Notes: a model not told the origin generated them from the letters alone. A stretch of DNA of 64,000 nucleotides from Eledone cirrhosa (GCA_964016885.1 OZ024740.1:215946001-216010000), one strand, 5' to 3'. Shown: positions 12,860 to 27,175, counted from the stretch's first letter. A program made the numbers and translations.

Positions 12860-13877
12860 TGAGTCATCAAATATTATTCAATGTGTCATGGTTACATATC
12901 GGTATGTCAGCTGTCCACTGTGTGGTCAATATCTGTCTTGAATCACGAAATATTATAAATGTGTCATGGTTGTTGTTCAGTATATCGGCCATTGTGTGGT
13001 CAATGTTGACTCACCAAATATTATACAATATGTCATGGCTGTTGCTCGGTATGACGGTTGTCCACTGTGTGGTCAATGTTGACTCACCAACTATCATACA
13101 ATGTGTCATGGCTGTTGTTCAGTATATCGGCCATTGTGTGGTCAATGTTGACTCACTAAATATTATACAATATGTCATGGCTGTTGTTCAGTATATCGGC
13201 CATTGTGTGGTCAATGTTGACTCACCAAATATTATACAATATGTCATGGCTGTTGTTCAGTATGACGGCTGGCCATTGTGTGGTCAATGTTGACTCACCA
13301 ACTATTATACAATATGTCATGGTTGTTGTTCAGTATATCGGCCATTGTGTGGTCAATGTTGACTCTCCAAATATTATACAATGTGTCATGGCTGTTGTTC
13401 GGTATGTCGGCCATTGTGTGGTCAATGTTGACTCACCAACTATCATACAATGTGTCATGGCTGTTGTTCAGTATGACGGCTGCCATTGTGTGGTCAATGT
13501 TGACTCACCAACTATCATACAATGTGTCATGGCTGTTGTTCGGTATGTCGGCCATTGTGTGGTCAATGTTGACTCACCAACTATCATACAATATGTCATG
13601 GCTGTTGTTCAGTATGTCGGCTGTCCACTGTGTGGTCAATGTTGACTCACCAACTATCATACAATGTGTCATGGCTGTTGTTCAGTATGACGGCTGTCCA
13701 CTGTGCGGTCAATGTTGACTCACCAACTATCATACAATGTGTCATGGCTGTTGTTCAGTATGACGGCTGTCCACTGTGTGGTCAATGTTGACTCACCAAC
13801 TATCATACAATGTGTCATGGCTGTTGTTCAGTATGACGGCTGGCCATTGTGTGGTCAATGTTGACTCACCAACTATC
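12860..13877. repeat. 69/73-bp minisatellite running into the assembly gap
   Basis: Unit GTCAATGTTGACTCACCAACTATCATACAATGTGTCATGGCTGTTGTTCAGTATATCGGCCATTGTGTG; periods 13141 to 13210 (69) and 13210 to 13283 (73). Confidence 0.95.
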
Positions 13878-14077
13878 NNNNNNNNNNNNNNNNNNNNNNN
13901 NNNNNNNNNNNNNNNNNNNNNNNNNNNNNNNNNNNNNNNNNNNNNNNNNNNNNNNNNNNNNNNNNNNNNNNNNNNNNNNNNNNNNNNNNNNNNNNNNNNN
14001 NNNNNNNNNNNNNNNNNNNNNNNNNNNNNNNNNNNNNNNNNNNNNNNNNNNNNNNNNNNNNNNNNNNNNNNNNNNNN
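13878..14077. other. Assembly gap (200 N)
   Basis: Run of N. Confidence 1.
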
Positions 14078-14150
14078 CCTCTGAGGGGATGACAGTAGGG
14101 TGGGATGGTGTCATAGACAGGGTATTTGATCCCCATATATACATGCACTT

Positions 14151-14187
<37 letters not shown>

Positions 14188-14229
14188 AATACATATGTAT
14201 ATATAATGATGATGATGTATATATATATG

Positions 14230-14291
<62 letters not shown>

Positions 14292-14779
14292 TGCATTAAT
14301 AACAAATATACAGTAGATACACATACACACACACACATACATACATACATATAAATATCAGCATATATCTATATAAACAGAAATATATACACACACACAC
14401 ACACATATGTATATATACATGCATGCATAAATGTGTGTGTGAGTGTATATCCATACACATACACTCACTACTACACCCCTTCCCCGCCACCAGTAGAAGT
14501 AAACCCACCCCCCACCAGTAGCAGTACCCCCTCCCGCCCCCGCCACCAGTAGCAATACCCCTCTCCCCTCCCTCTGCCACCAGTAACAGACACAAGACTC
14601 TCAGGATTCTTCAGTCTTTGTTTGTCTAGTTTAGTTTTAGTATTTACTCCACCCTCAATGTAAATAAATATATAAAAAGGTACACACTGGTAGAATGTGG
14701 GGGGGTGGGGGGATAGGGGGGGATTTGAGGATGATTGTGATGAGGATGTGTGTGAGAAGGAGGAAGAAAGAGAAGAATT

Positions 14780-15072
14780 ATGCTAATGGTAATGGCAGTG
14801 ATGATGATAAATGGTAATGGATGTGGTGATGATGATGATGATGATGGTAGTGGTTGTGGTGGTGATGATGGTAGTGGTAGTGGTTGTGGTGGTGATGATG
14901 ATGATGATGGTAGTGGTTGTGATGATGATGATGGTGATGATGATGATAATGATGGTGATGATGATGATGATGATAATGATGATGGTGATGATGATAATGG
15001 TGATGGTGATGGTAATGATGGTAATGATGGTGATGGTGATGGTAATGGTTGTGTGGTTGATGATGATGATGT
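14780..15072. repeat. (GAT/GGT)n low-complexity tract
   Basis: Directly visible. Confidence 0.9.
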
Positions 15073-15271
15073 GTTAGGAGGAGGAGGAGGGGGGAGAGAC
15101 AAAAATAAAGAATTATGCCAATGCTAATGGCAGTGATGCTGCTGACATTGTTGTTGGTATGTGTGTGAGAGACAGAGAGACAGAGAGAGAGGGAGAGAGA
15201 AGGAGAGAGAGACGGAGAGGGAGAGAGAGTGCGAGAGAGAGGGGATGAAGAGAGTTATACCAATGCTAATA

Positions 15272-15432
15272 ATTGTTTCTACTTTAGGCACAAGGCCAGC
15301 AATTACCCAGTGCATTACTGGCACTTTATTCTATCGACCCTGTAAGGATGAAAGGCAAAGTCAACCTCGGTGGGATTTGAACTCAGATCGTAAAGGGACG
15401 TAACTAGGCTGGAAAGCATGGCGTCCGATGCT
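15272..15432 (-). mobile_element. SINE family A copy
   Basis: Diagnostic central block and B-box in reverse orientation. Confidence 0.9.
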
Positions 15433-15879
15433 AATAATGTTGGTAGTTGTGATAATGATGATATGATTATTCCCCTGATGATGATGAGAATGGTAAGATC
15501 AGTTACACTCCACTCATCTGAGTAGCAGCTGTTCACCTATAATAGATATACTCTGTAAAGTTGTAACAATTACATTCCACTCTTCTAAATATATTTGTTG
15601 TTACAGAGTTACACCATACTATCTCTCTCCCCGACTCACTCTTTCTCACTCTGCCTCTCCTCCTTCCCACACACATCATCATAATTCTGTACAGGTGTGA
15701 AAGTTGAGCCCTTGGAGTTGACAGGAAATGACAAGTCCAGGCATTTGAGCACAAGTGCTTGAGAAGGACTTGTCAGTTTGAGCTTTATGAAACAACTCAT
15801 GTAAGAGCTTTTCCATATGAGGAATATAATTGTCTGCAGCTCAGGTATTATGTGTTTACTCCCCAGAGTTATAAAGATA

Positions 15880-18800
15880 GTAGAACCAGGATTACAGTGA
15901 ATGGTAGAGTCTAGTAGAATGAGGGTCACTTTGAACTGTAGTGTCAAGTAGAACCAGGGTCACTGTTAACTGTAGTGTCAAGTAGAACGAGGGTCACTTT
16001 GAACTGTAGTGTCTAGTAGAACAAGGGTCACTTTGAACTGTAGTGTCAAGTAGAACCAGGGTCACTGTTAACTGTAGTGTCCAGTAGAACCAGGGTCACT
16101 GTGAACTGTAGTGTCAAGTAGAACCAGGGTCACTGTGAACTGTAGTGTCAAGTAGAACCAGGGTCACTGTTAACTGTAGTGTCCAGTAGAACCAGGGTCA
16201 CTGTTAACTGTAGTGTCCAGTAGAACCAGGGTCATTGTTAACTGTAGTGTCCAGTAGAACCAGAGTCACTGTGAACTGTAGTGTCAAGTAGAACGAGGGT
16301 CACTGTGAACTGTAGTGTCAAGTAGAACCAGGGTCACTGTGAACTGTAGTGTCAAGTAGAACGAGGGTCACTGTGAACTGTAGTGTCAAGTAGAACCAGA
16401 GTCACTGTGAACTGTAGTGTCAAGTAGAACCAGGGTCACTGTTAACTGTAGTGTCAAGTAGAACGAGGGTCACTTTGAACTGTAGTGTCTAGTAGAACAA
16501 GGGTCACTTTGAACTGTAGTGTCAAGTAGAACCAGGGTCACTGTTAACTGTAGTGTCAAGTAGAACGAGGGTCACTGTGAACTGTAGTGTCAAGTAGAAC
16601 TAGGGTCACTGTTAACTGTAGTGTCTAGTAGAACCAGAGTCACTGTTAACTGTAGTGTCCAGTAGAACCAGGGTCACTGTTAACTGTAGTGTCAAGTAGA
16701 ACCAGGGTCACTGTTAACTGTAGTGTCTAGTAGAACCAGAGTCACTGTGAACTGTAGTGTCAAGTAGAACCAGGGTCACTGTTAAAACTGTAGTGTCAAG
16801 TAGAACGAGGGTCACTGTGAACTGTAGTGTCCAGTAGAACCAGGGTCACTGTTAACTGTAGTGTCTAGTAGAACAAGGGTCACTGTGAACTGTAGTGTCA
16901 AGTAGAACCAGGGTCACTGTGAACTGTAGTGTCAAGTAGAACCAGGGTCACTGTGAACTGTAGTGTCAAGTAGAACGAGGGTCACTTTGAACTGTAGTGT
17001 CAAGTAGAAAAAGGGTCACTGTGAACTGTAGTGTCAAGTAGAAGCAGAGTCACTTTGAACTGTAGTGTCAAGTAGAACCAGAGTCACTGTGAACTGTAGT
17101 GTCCAGTAGAACCAGGGTCACTGTTAACTGTAGTGTCAAGTAGAACCAGAGTCACTGTGAACTGTAGTGTCAAGTAGAACCAGGGTCACTGTTAACTGTA
17201 GTGTCAAGTAGAACCAGGGTCACTGTGAACTGTAGTGTCAAGTAGAACCAGGGTCACTGTGAACTGTAGTGTCAAGTAGAACCAGGGTCACTGTGAACTG
17301 TAGTGTCAAGTAGAACGAGGGTCACTTTGAACTGTAGTGTCAAGTAGAAAAAGGGTCACTGTGAACTGTAGTGTCAAGTAGAAGCAGAGTCACTTTGAAC
17401 TGTAGTGTCAAGTAGAACCAGAGTCACTGTGAACTGTAGTGTCCAGTAGAACCAGGGTCACTGTTAACTGTAGTGTCCAGTAGAACCAGGGTCACTGTTA
17501 ACTGTAGTGTCCAGTAGAACCAGGGTTACTGTTAACTGTAGTGTCCAGTAGAACCAGGGTCACTGTGAACTGTAGTGTCCAGTAGAACCAGGGTCACTGT
17601 TAACTGTAGTGTCCAGTAGAACCAGGGTCACTGTGAACTGTAGTGTCCAGTAGAACCAGGGTTACTGTTAACTGTAGTGTCCAGTAGAACCAGGGTCACT
17701 GTGAACTGTAGTGTCCAGTAGAACCAGGGTCACTGTTAACTGTAGTGTCCAGTAGAACCAGGGTCACTGTGAACTGTAGTGTCCAGTAGAACCAGGGTCA
17801 CTGTTAACTGTAGTGTCCAGTAGAACCAGGGTCACTGTGAACTGTAGTGTCAAGTAGAATCAGGGTCACTGTGAACTGTAGTGTCAAGTAGAACGAGGGT
17901 CACTTTGAACTGTAGTGTCAAGTAGAAAAAGGGTCACTGTGAACTGTAGTGTCAAGTAGAAGCAGAGTCACTTTGAACTGTAGTGTCAAGTAGAACCAGA
18001 GTCACTGTAAACTGTAGTGTCAAGTAGAACCAGGGTCACTGTTAACTGTAGTGTCAAGTAGAACCAGAGTCACTGTGAACTGTAGTGTCAAGTAGAACCA
18101 GGGTCACTGTTAACTGTAGTGTCAAGTAGAACCAGGGTCACTGTGAACTGTAGTGTCAAGTAGAACCAGGGTCACTGTGAACTGTAGTGTCAAGTAGAAC
18201 CAGGGTCACTGTGAACTGTAGTGTCAAGTAGAACGAGGGTCACTTTGAACTGTAGTGTCAAGTAGAAAAAGGGTCACTGTGAACTGTAGTGTCAAGTAGA
18301 AGCAGAGTCACTTTGAACTGTAGTGTCAAGTAGAACCAGAGTCACTGTGAACTGTAGTGTCCAGTAGAACCAGGGTCACTGTTAACTGTAGTGTCCAGTA
18401 GAACCAGGGTCTCTGTTAACTGTAGTGTCCAGTAGAACCAGGGTTACTGTTAACTGTAGTGTCCAGTAGAACCAGGGTCACTGTGAACTGTAGTGTCCAG
18501 TAGAACCAGGGTCACTGTTAACTGTAGTGTCCAGTAGAACCAGGGTCACTGTGAACTGTAGTGTCCAGTAGAACCAGGGTCACTGTTAACTGTAGTGTCC
18601 AGTAGAACCAGGGTCACTGTGAACTGTAGTGTCCAGTAGAACCAGGGTCACTGTTAACTGTAGTGTCCAGTAGAACCAGGGTCACTGTGAACTGTAGTGT
18701 CCAGTAGAACCAGGGTCACTGTTAACTGTAGTGTCCAGTAGAACCAGGGTCACTGTGAACTGTAGTGTCAAGTAGAATCAGGGTCACTGTGAACTGTAGT

Positions 18801-19146
18801 GTCAAGTAGAACGAGGGTCACTTTGAACTGTAGTGTCAAGTAGAAAAAGGGTCACTGTGAACTGTAGTGTCAAGTAGAAGCAGAGTCACTTTGAACTGTA
18901 GTGTCAAGTAGAACCAGAGTCACTGTAAACTGTAGTGTCAAGTAGAACCAGGGTCACTGTTAACTGTAGTGTCAAGTAGAACCAGGGTCACTGTTAACTG
19001 TAGTGTCAAGTAGAACCAGGGTCACTGTGAACTGTAGTGTCAAGTAGAACCAGGGTCACTGTGAACTGTAGTGTCAAGTAGAACCAGAGTCACTGTTAAC
19101 TGTAGTGTCAAGTAGAACCAGGGTCACTGTGAACAGCAGTGTCTAG
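15880..19146. repeat. 34-bp satellite, about 95 copies, with higher-order structure
   Basis: Unit GTAGAACCAGGGTCACTGTGAACTGTAGTGTCAA; period checked 15948 to 15982; diverged first unit at 15880-15913. Confidence 0.98.
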
Positions 19147-19164
19147 ACTGTCACATTAGAGTGA

Positions 19165-19653
19165 ACACACCACACTATACTGTACACAACACTATATCAC
19201 ACAGCACACCACACTACAATACATTACACCACACTACACCACACCACATCACACTACACCTCACCACACCACACTACACCACACCATACCTCACCACACT
19301 ACACCACACTACACTATACTACACTACACTACATAACACTACACCACAACTCACTACACCTCACCACATCACACTACACCCCACCACACCTCACTACAAT
19401 ACATTACACCACACTACACCACATCACACTACACTACACCACACCACACTACACAACACCACATGACACCTCACCACACCACACTACATTAACTGACACC
19501 AGACCACACCACACCACACCACACTACATCACACCACACTACGCCACACCACACCACACTACATTACCTTACACCAGACCACACCACACTACACCACACT
19601 ACACTACATTACCTTACACCACACCACACTACACCACACCACACCACACTACA
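19165..19653. repeat. Degenerate pentanucleotide (CACAC/CACTA)n tract
   Basis: Directly visible. Confidence 0.9.
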
Positions 19654-19739
19654 TCCCCCCATTTACAGTGTCTCTCTTCCATAAATTGTTTACAACAGCC
19701 AAGCAAAATCAATACCAATGTCAGCAACTTTGTAAGCCA

Positions 19740-20746
19740 TAACAACAACAACAGCAGCAATAACAACATCAACAATAATATCAGCAATAACAACAACAAT
19801 AGCTGCAACAACAACAACAATACCAGCAACAACAACAATACCAGTGACAATAACAACAACAATAATAATAATACCAGCGACAATAACAACAACAACAATA
19901 ATAATAATACCAGCGACAATAACAACAACAACAATAATAATACCAGCGACAATAACAACAACAACAATAATAATAATACCAGCGACAACAACAACAACAA
20001 CAATAATAATACCAGCGACAATAACAACAACAACAACAACAACAATAATAATACCAGCGACAATAACAACAACAACAACAACAATAATAATACCAGCGAC
20101 AATAACAACAACAACAACATCAATAATACCAGCGACAATAACAACAACAATAGCAGCAACAACGATAATATCAGCAATAACAACAATAACAACAACAATA
20201 TCACCAGCGACAACAACAACAACAATATGAAGAAGAATATAATTAGCAAGACAAGAACACTAGAAACATTAGCATCTCTACCTACACACCTTACAATAAC
20301 AACAACACCATTGTTTCTATTGTTCATAATGATTGTAGCATCATAACATTAACACTATTAACAACAACAACAACAACATTAAGAACAACATAAAACAAAG
20401 CTGCCAACAATAACAGTCACATGAAAAACCATTAGCAACAACAACAGCAAAACCAGCAGCAGCAGCAAAACCAGCAACAACAACAAAACCAGCAACAACA
20501 ACACCTGAACCAGCAGCAGCAACCACAACAACAACAACAAAACCAGCAACAATAACAAGACCAGAGTTAGCAACAACAAAAACAAAAATCAGCATTAGCA
20601 ATGACAACAATATCAACAACAACACCAGCAACAGCACCAGTATTACCAACAACAGCAACATTAACAACAACAACAGTATTACCAACATCAACAGCAGCAT
20701 TAACAACAACAGCACCAGTATTAACAACAACAACAACACCAGAATT

Positions 20747-20778
<32 letters not shown>

Positions 20779-20968
20779 CAGCACCAGTATTACCAACACC
20801 AACAGCAGCATTAACAACAACAGCACCAGTATTAACAACAACAACAACACCAGAATTACCACCACCACCAACAACAACAACAGCACCAGTATTACCAACA
20901 CCAACAGCACCAGTATTACCAACAACAACAACAGCACCAGTATTAACAACAACAACAACACCAGAATT

Positions 20969-20999
<31 letters not shown>

Positions 21000-21793
21000 C
21001 CAACAGCACCAGTATTACCAACAACAACAGCAGCATTAACAACAACAGCACCAGTATTAACAACAACAACAACACCAGAATTACCACCACCACCACCACC
21101 ACCACCAACAACAACAGCACCAGTATTACCAACAACAACAGCAGCATTAACAACAACAGCACCAGTATTAACAACAACAACAACACCAGAATTACCAACA
21201 CCAACAGCACCAGTATTACCAACACCAACAGCACCAGTATTACCAACACCAACAGCACCAGTATTAACAACAACAACAACACCAGTATTACCAACACCAA
21301 CAGCACCAGTATTAACAACAACAACAACACCAGTATTACCAACACCAACAGCACCAGTATTACCAACACCAACAGCACCAGTATTACCAACACCAACAGC
21401 AGCATTAACAACAACAGCACCAGTATTAACAACAACAACAACACCAGTATTACCAACACCAACAGCACCAGTATTACCAACACCAACAGCACCAGTATTA
21501 CCAACATCAACAGCAGCATTAACAACAACAGCACCAGTATTAACAACAACAACAACACCAGAATTACCACCACCACCAACAACAACAACAGCACCAGTAT
21601 TACCAACACCAACAGCAGCATTAACAACAACAGCACCAGTATTAACAACAACAACAACACCAGAATTACCACCACCACCAACAACAACAACAGCACCAGT
21701 ATTACCAACACCAACAGCACCAGTATTACCAACAACAACAGCAGCATTAACAACAACAGCACCAGTATTAACAACAACAACAACACCAGAATT

Positions 21794-21824
<31 letters not shown>

Positions 21825-24030
21825 CCAACAGCACCAGTATTACCAACAACAACAGCAGCATTAACAACAACAGCACCAGTATTACCAACAACAACAGCAG
21901 CATTAACAACAACAGCACCAGTATTAACAACAACAACAACACCAGAATTACCACCACCACCACCACCACCACCAACAACAACAGCACCAGTATTACCAAC
22001 AACAACAGCAGCATTAACAACAACAGCACCAGTATTAACAACAACAACAACACCAGAATTACCACCACCACCACCAACAACAACAACAGCACCAGTATTA
22101 CCAACAACAACAGCAGCATTAACAACAACAGCACCAGTATTACCAACAGCAACATTAACAACAACAACAACAACAGTATTACCAACATCAACAGCAGCAT
22201 GAACAACAACAGCACCAGTATTACCAACATCAACAGCACCAGTATTAACAACAACAACACCAGAATTACCACCACCACCAACAACAACAACAACAGTAAG
22301 AGCAACAGTAGTAACAACAACAACAGTAAGAGCAACAGTAGTAACAACATCAGCAGTAAGAGCAACAGTAGTAACAACAACAACAGTAAGAGCAACAGTA
22401 GTAACAACAACAACATCAGCAGTAAGAGCAACAGTAGTAACAACAACAACAACAACATGGTAAAGGATATTTGATCGACAAGAAACAAGTGTCCAAGTAT
22501 TTTGTATATTTTGAATTCTCTTGGATTCTGTATCACCACCACCACTACCACCACCACTACCATCACCACTACCACCACCACCATCATCACTACCACCATT
22601 ACTACCAACACCACTACCACCAACACCACTACCACCACCACTACTACCACCACTACCACCATCACTACCAACACCACCATCACCACTACCACCACCACCA
22701 CCACTACCATCACCACTACCACCACCACCAACACCACTACCACCATCATCACTACCACCATTACTACCAACACCACTACCACCACCACTACCACCACCAC
22801 CATCATCACTACCACCATTACTACCAACACCACTACCACCAACACCACTACCACCACCACTACTACCACCACTACCACCATCACTACCAACACCACTACC
22901 ACCACCACCACCACTACCACCACTACCACCACCACCATCATCACTACCACCATTACTACCAACACCACTACCACCAACACCACTACCACCACCACTACTA
23001 CCACCACTACCACCATCACTACCAACACCACCATCACCACTACCACCACCACCACCACCAACACCACCACTACCACTACCACCACCACCATCACTACAAA
23101 CACCACCACACCACTACCACCACTACCACCACCACCATCATCACTACCACCATTACCACCACTACCACCATCACCACTACTACCACCACCACCATCATCA
23201 CTACCACCATTACTACCAACACCACCATCACCACTATCACCATCACCACTACTACCATTACTATCATCACCACCACTACAACCACTACTGCCATCACCAC
23301 TACCACCTCTACCAACACCACCACTGTTATTACCACCATTACCAACACTACCATCATCACCACCACCACCATCACCACCATTACCAACACTACCATCACC
23401 ACCATCACCACTACCACCATTACCAACACCACCACTGCTATTACCATCATCACCATTACCACCATTACCAACACTACCATCACCACTACCACCATTACCA
23501 ACACCACCACTGCTATTACCACCATCACCACTACCACCACCAATGCTACCAACATTGCTCCTACCATTACTGCCAACACCCAAAACAGCAGCTATACCAC
23601 CACCTACAACAATACCACCACCACCACCACCACTACCACCACCAACAACAGCTACAATACCACCACCACCACCATTACCACCACCAACAACAGCAGCTAT
23701 ACCACCACCACCACTACCACCAACAACAACAGCAGCTATACCACCACCACCACCAACAACAACACCAGCTATACCACCACCACCACCAACAACAACAACA
23801 CCACCACCACCATTACCACCACCAACAACAACAACAGCAGCTATACCACCACCACCAACAACAACAACAACAACAACACCACCCCCACCACTACCACCAC
23901 CAACAACAACAGCAGCTATACCACCACCAACAACAACAATACCACCTCCACCACTACCAACAACAACAGCAGCTATACCACCACCACCACCAACAACAAT
24001 ACCACCACCACCACCAACAACAACATCAGT
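19740..24030. repeat. Compound C/A-rich triplet arrays punctuated by fixed motifs (ATACCAGCG, CACCAGTATTA, CCAGAATTA, CAGCTATA)
   Basis: Directly visible; produces spurious Thr/Pro/His-rich ORFs on + and Leu/Val-rich ORFs on -. Confidence 0.93.
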
Positions 24031-24554
24031 AGTAGTTTCCTACACCAACCTTTCAAAGGTTTAAACCCCATCATGTCCCTGTATAGTGGGATTATCTCAA
24101 TGTTCCCTCCCCCCCAGGGAAATAATAGTTGATTTAGTTAGAGAGAAAACTCCTGTTACTGTTGTTGTTGCTGTTGTTGTTATAACTGTTGTTATTACTA
24201 TTGTTATTGCTGTTACTATTGTTACTGTTGTTGTTATAACTGTTGTTGTTACTGTTGCTGTTATAACTGTTGTTGTTGTTACTATGTTACTGTTGCTGTT
24301 GTTGTTGTTGTTGTTGTCCCTAGTGTTGTTACTGAACTAGTGGAACATCTAGGATGTGACAGCTGGAATGAGAGAGGGTTACAGGCTAAATCCTAAAAGG
24401 ATAAAAGCAAAGTGGACCTCGACAGTATTTGTACTCAGAGCACAGAAAGCAGGACCAAATATTCAACACTAACATTTGTGTAAATTGGTTTCATTCACAA
24501 AGTCGCTTATGTTTAAAGGTAACTTTTTATCCTATTGTGACTATTATTTCTCTC

Positions 24555-25350
24555 TAGTCCTCTGCAATCACACCCATGTTTCACTACCGTGCAGCATTGC
24601 ACTTCACACACAGGCGTCACACGGTTGTCATTTTGTACGTAAGGAGAAACTTTTTGTTGTCAACAGTGGGAGTAGTTCTCTAAACTCCTTCCATCCTATT
24701 TTTATACTATCAATTATGCCCTCAGAGCACCCTCAATTACTCCTGTGTATTTTTTACATACAAAGTCTTCCCTTCTTGTTAGTCTACATCTCTCGTGCAC
24801 CCAAGATTTACATTGTGTACATTGTATGGAGTTTATGCCTATTCCTTTTCTAAATATTGAGCAGGGCCACTTCCCCGAAGTAATCGGCATCCTATCTTCT
24901 TTTCTACTTACTAACACTTTAGTTTTGGCTAAGTTTACTCTCAGCCCATTTGAGCCCAAATTCTGTTTCCATAATTGGAACTTATTTTTTAGTTCTTTAA
25001 TGGACTCAACTATAAGGACCAGAACATCCTCATAGAGAAGTTCCCATGGATAACCAATATTAAACTCCTCTGTTATAACATAGAGAACTATGATGAATAG
25101 TAACGGGCTAAGAACTGAACCTTGATGAACTCCTACATGTACTCTGAATTCCTCACTAAACTCACTTCCTACTCTCACTTTACTGACAGCTCCTCTGTAC
25201 ATAGCTTGCACTGCTCTTACAAGCAATTCTTCTACACCTTATTTCCTTAGGGACCACCATGCAATAGATTGACGTACTCTGTCAAAGGATTTTTCTAGAT
25301 CAACAAAAGTTAAGTATGGTTTACTCTTGACTAGGAACTTCTCTTGTAGT
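24555..25350 (-). mobile_element. RTE-clade LINE reverse transcriptase fragment
   Basis: ORF 24714..25226: AVQAMY..VGVHQGSVLSPLLFIIVL..PWELLYEDVLVL (YADD degenerate)..GLRVNLAKTKVL, followed by a Cys-rich insert. Confidence 0.92.
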
Positions 25351-25406
25351 ATTATTATTAACTATATTATTAATATTTTTATTAATTATATTTTATTAAC
25401 AGCATT

Positions 25407-25655
25407 GGCGGTGGATTGGCAGTATCGGTAGAGGGTCGGACGCCATGCTTTGACGCAAAGAGTTACGGCCCTTGTCATTCTGAGTTCAAATCCCGCCGAG
25501 GTTAACTTTGCTTTTCATCCCTACGGGGGTCGATAAAATAAAGTACCAGTAATACACTGGATTATTGCTGGCCTTTTGCCAAAAGTAGAAACAATTAGTG
25601 TTTACAGCATTATTTTCAACATTTTGATGGCCTTGTGCCAAAAGTAGAAACAATT
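25407..25655 (+). mobile_element. SINE family A full copy plus duplicated tail
   Basis: GGCGGTGGATTGGCAGTATCGGTAGAG..GAGTTCAAATCCCGCC..AAAGTAGAAACAATT. Confidence 0.92.
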
Positions 25656-25666
25656 ATCAATATAAC

Positions 25667-25951
25667 GAAGGTGCACGGCTTAGTGGTTAGAGTGTGTAGG
25701 TTCACAAACATGAGGTCATGACTTCAACTCCTAGACCAGATGGTGCATTGTGTCCTTCAGCATAACATTTTCTTTCATGTTGCTTCATTTCACTCAGCTG
25801 TAGAAATGAGTTGCGACGTCACTGGTGCCAAGCTGTATCAGCCATTGCCTTTCCCTTGGACAACAACAGTAGCATGGAGAGGGGGAAACTGCTGGTCTTC
25901 CACAAAAACACCTTGCCCGGGCTTGTGCCTTCAAGGGGAACTTTCTAGGTG
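25667..25951 (+). mobile_element. tRNA-derived CORE-type SINE (family B)
   Basis: A-box-like GGCTTAGTGGTTAGAG, degenerate B-box GACTTCAACTCC, then CORE-like TGTGTCCTTCAGCATAACATTTTCTTTCATGTTGCTTCATTTCACTCAGCTG. Related heads occur on - at ~52460-52499 and ~62100-62188. Confidence 0.75.
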
Positions 25952-26021
25952 GATAACTGTAGTGGAAATTAGGTAAGCAATGACTATGCTATTTATTTTA
26001 ACTACTTTAACTAACAATAAT

Positions 26022-26360
26022 AATTGTTTCTACTTTTGGCACAAGGCCAGCAATTACCCAGTGTATTACTGGCACTTTATTTTATCGACCCCGTAAGGAT
26101 GAAAGCAAAGTTAACCTCAGTAGGATTTGAACTCAGACCATAAAGGGCCGTAACTCTTTGCCACAAAGCATGGCGTCAGACCCTCTACTGATACTGCCAA
26201 TCCACCGCCCTAACAATAATAATAATTGTTTTTACTTTTGGCACAATTACCCAGTACATTACTGGTACTTTATTTTATCGACCCCGTAAGGATGAAAGGC
26301 AAAGTTAACCTCAGAATGGCAAGGGCCGTAACTCTATGCGTCAAAGCAATCCACCGCCCT
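26022..26360 (-). mobile_element. Two SINE family A copies
   Basis: Reverse complement of family A; the second copy is internally deleted. Confidence 0.9.
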
Positions 26361-26590
26361 AACAACAATAATAATAAAGTATATTATATTTCAACATCAA
26401 AGTGAACAATATTATTTAACAATACAATGTTCATATCTAAAATTAGTAAATATTTTGCTGATATTTAAAGTAATTTAATTTCATGTTGCCATGTAACAAC
26501 ATATTTGAGGACACAAACCAAGCTGACTGGTTTAGAAGTTCACTTTGCAATCATGGAGTGTCATGGGGAAATATTTTAACCATATAAGAG

Positions 26591-27175
26591 TAGGCTGAAT
26601 ATGAAGGAGTGATGCTAGAGCTGGGAAATCTTACATGCCTTAATTTCAACTCTTCTTATTAATAACAGCATTGTTTCTTTCCAGGGACTATATTGAAAAT
26701 TAAACCTCATTTGATCATTCCATGAGAGTATCTTGGACATCCTATGAAGGAGTGATGCTAGAGCTGGGAAATCTTACATGTCTTAATTTCAACTCTCCTT
26801 ATTAATAACTGCATTGTTTCTTTCCAGGGACTATATTGAAAATTAAACCTCATTTGATCATTCCATGAGAGTATCTTGGTCATCCTATGAAGGAGTGATG
26901 CTAGAGCTGGGAAATCTTACATGTCTTAATTTCAACTCTTCTTATTAATAACTGCATTGTTTCTTTCCAGGGACTATATTGAAAATTAAACCTCATTTGA
27001 TCATTCCATGAGAGTATCTTGGTCATCCTATGAAGGAGTGATGCTAGAGCTGGGAAATCTTACATGTCTTAATTTCAACTCTTCTTATTAATAACTGCAT
27101 TGTTTCGTTCCAGGGACTATATTGAAAATTAAACCTCATTTGGTCATTCTTGGTCAGCCAATGAATTTTTCAGCT
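26591..27175. repeat. 143-bp tandem repeat (4 copies) derived from the interior of a mariner-type MITE
   Basis: Unit starts at 26601, 26744, 26887 and 27030; homologous to 52080-52417; ends in the TIR remnant GGTCAGCCAATGAATTTTTCAGC. Confidence 0.92.

Noticed and set aside
12802-13877. Overlapping 150-aa ORFs with repeated HCVVNVDS
   Set aside because: They are translations of the 69/73-bp minisatellite, and the frame shifts with the 73-bp variant.
20341-24132. Long ORFs (1080, 533, 553, 520, 503 aa) resembling mucins or extensins
   Set aside because: They are open in several frames and on both strands because the triplet repeats lack stops; no non-repetitive domain or splice evidence.
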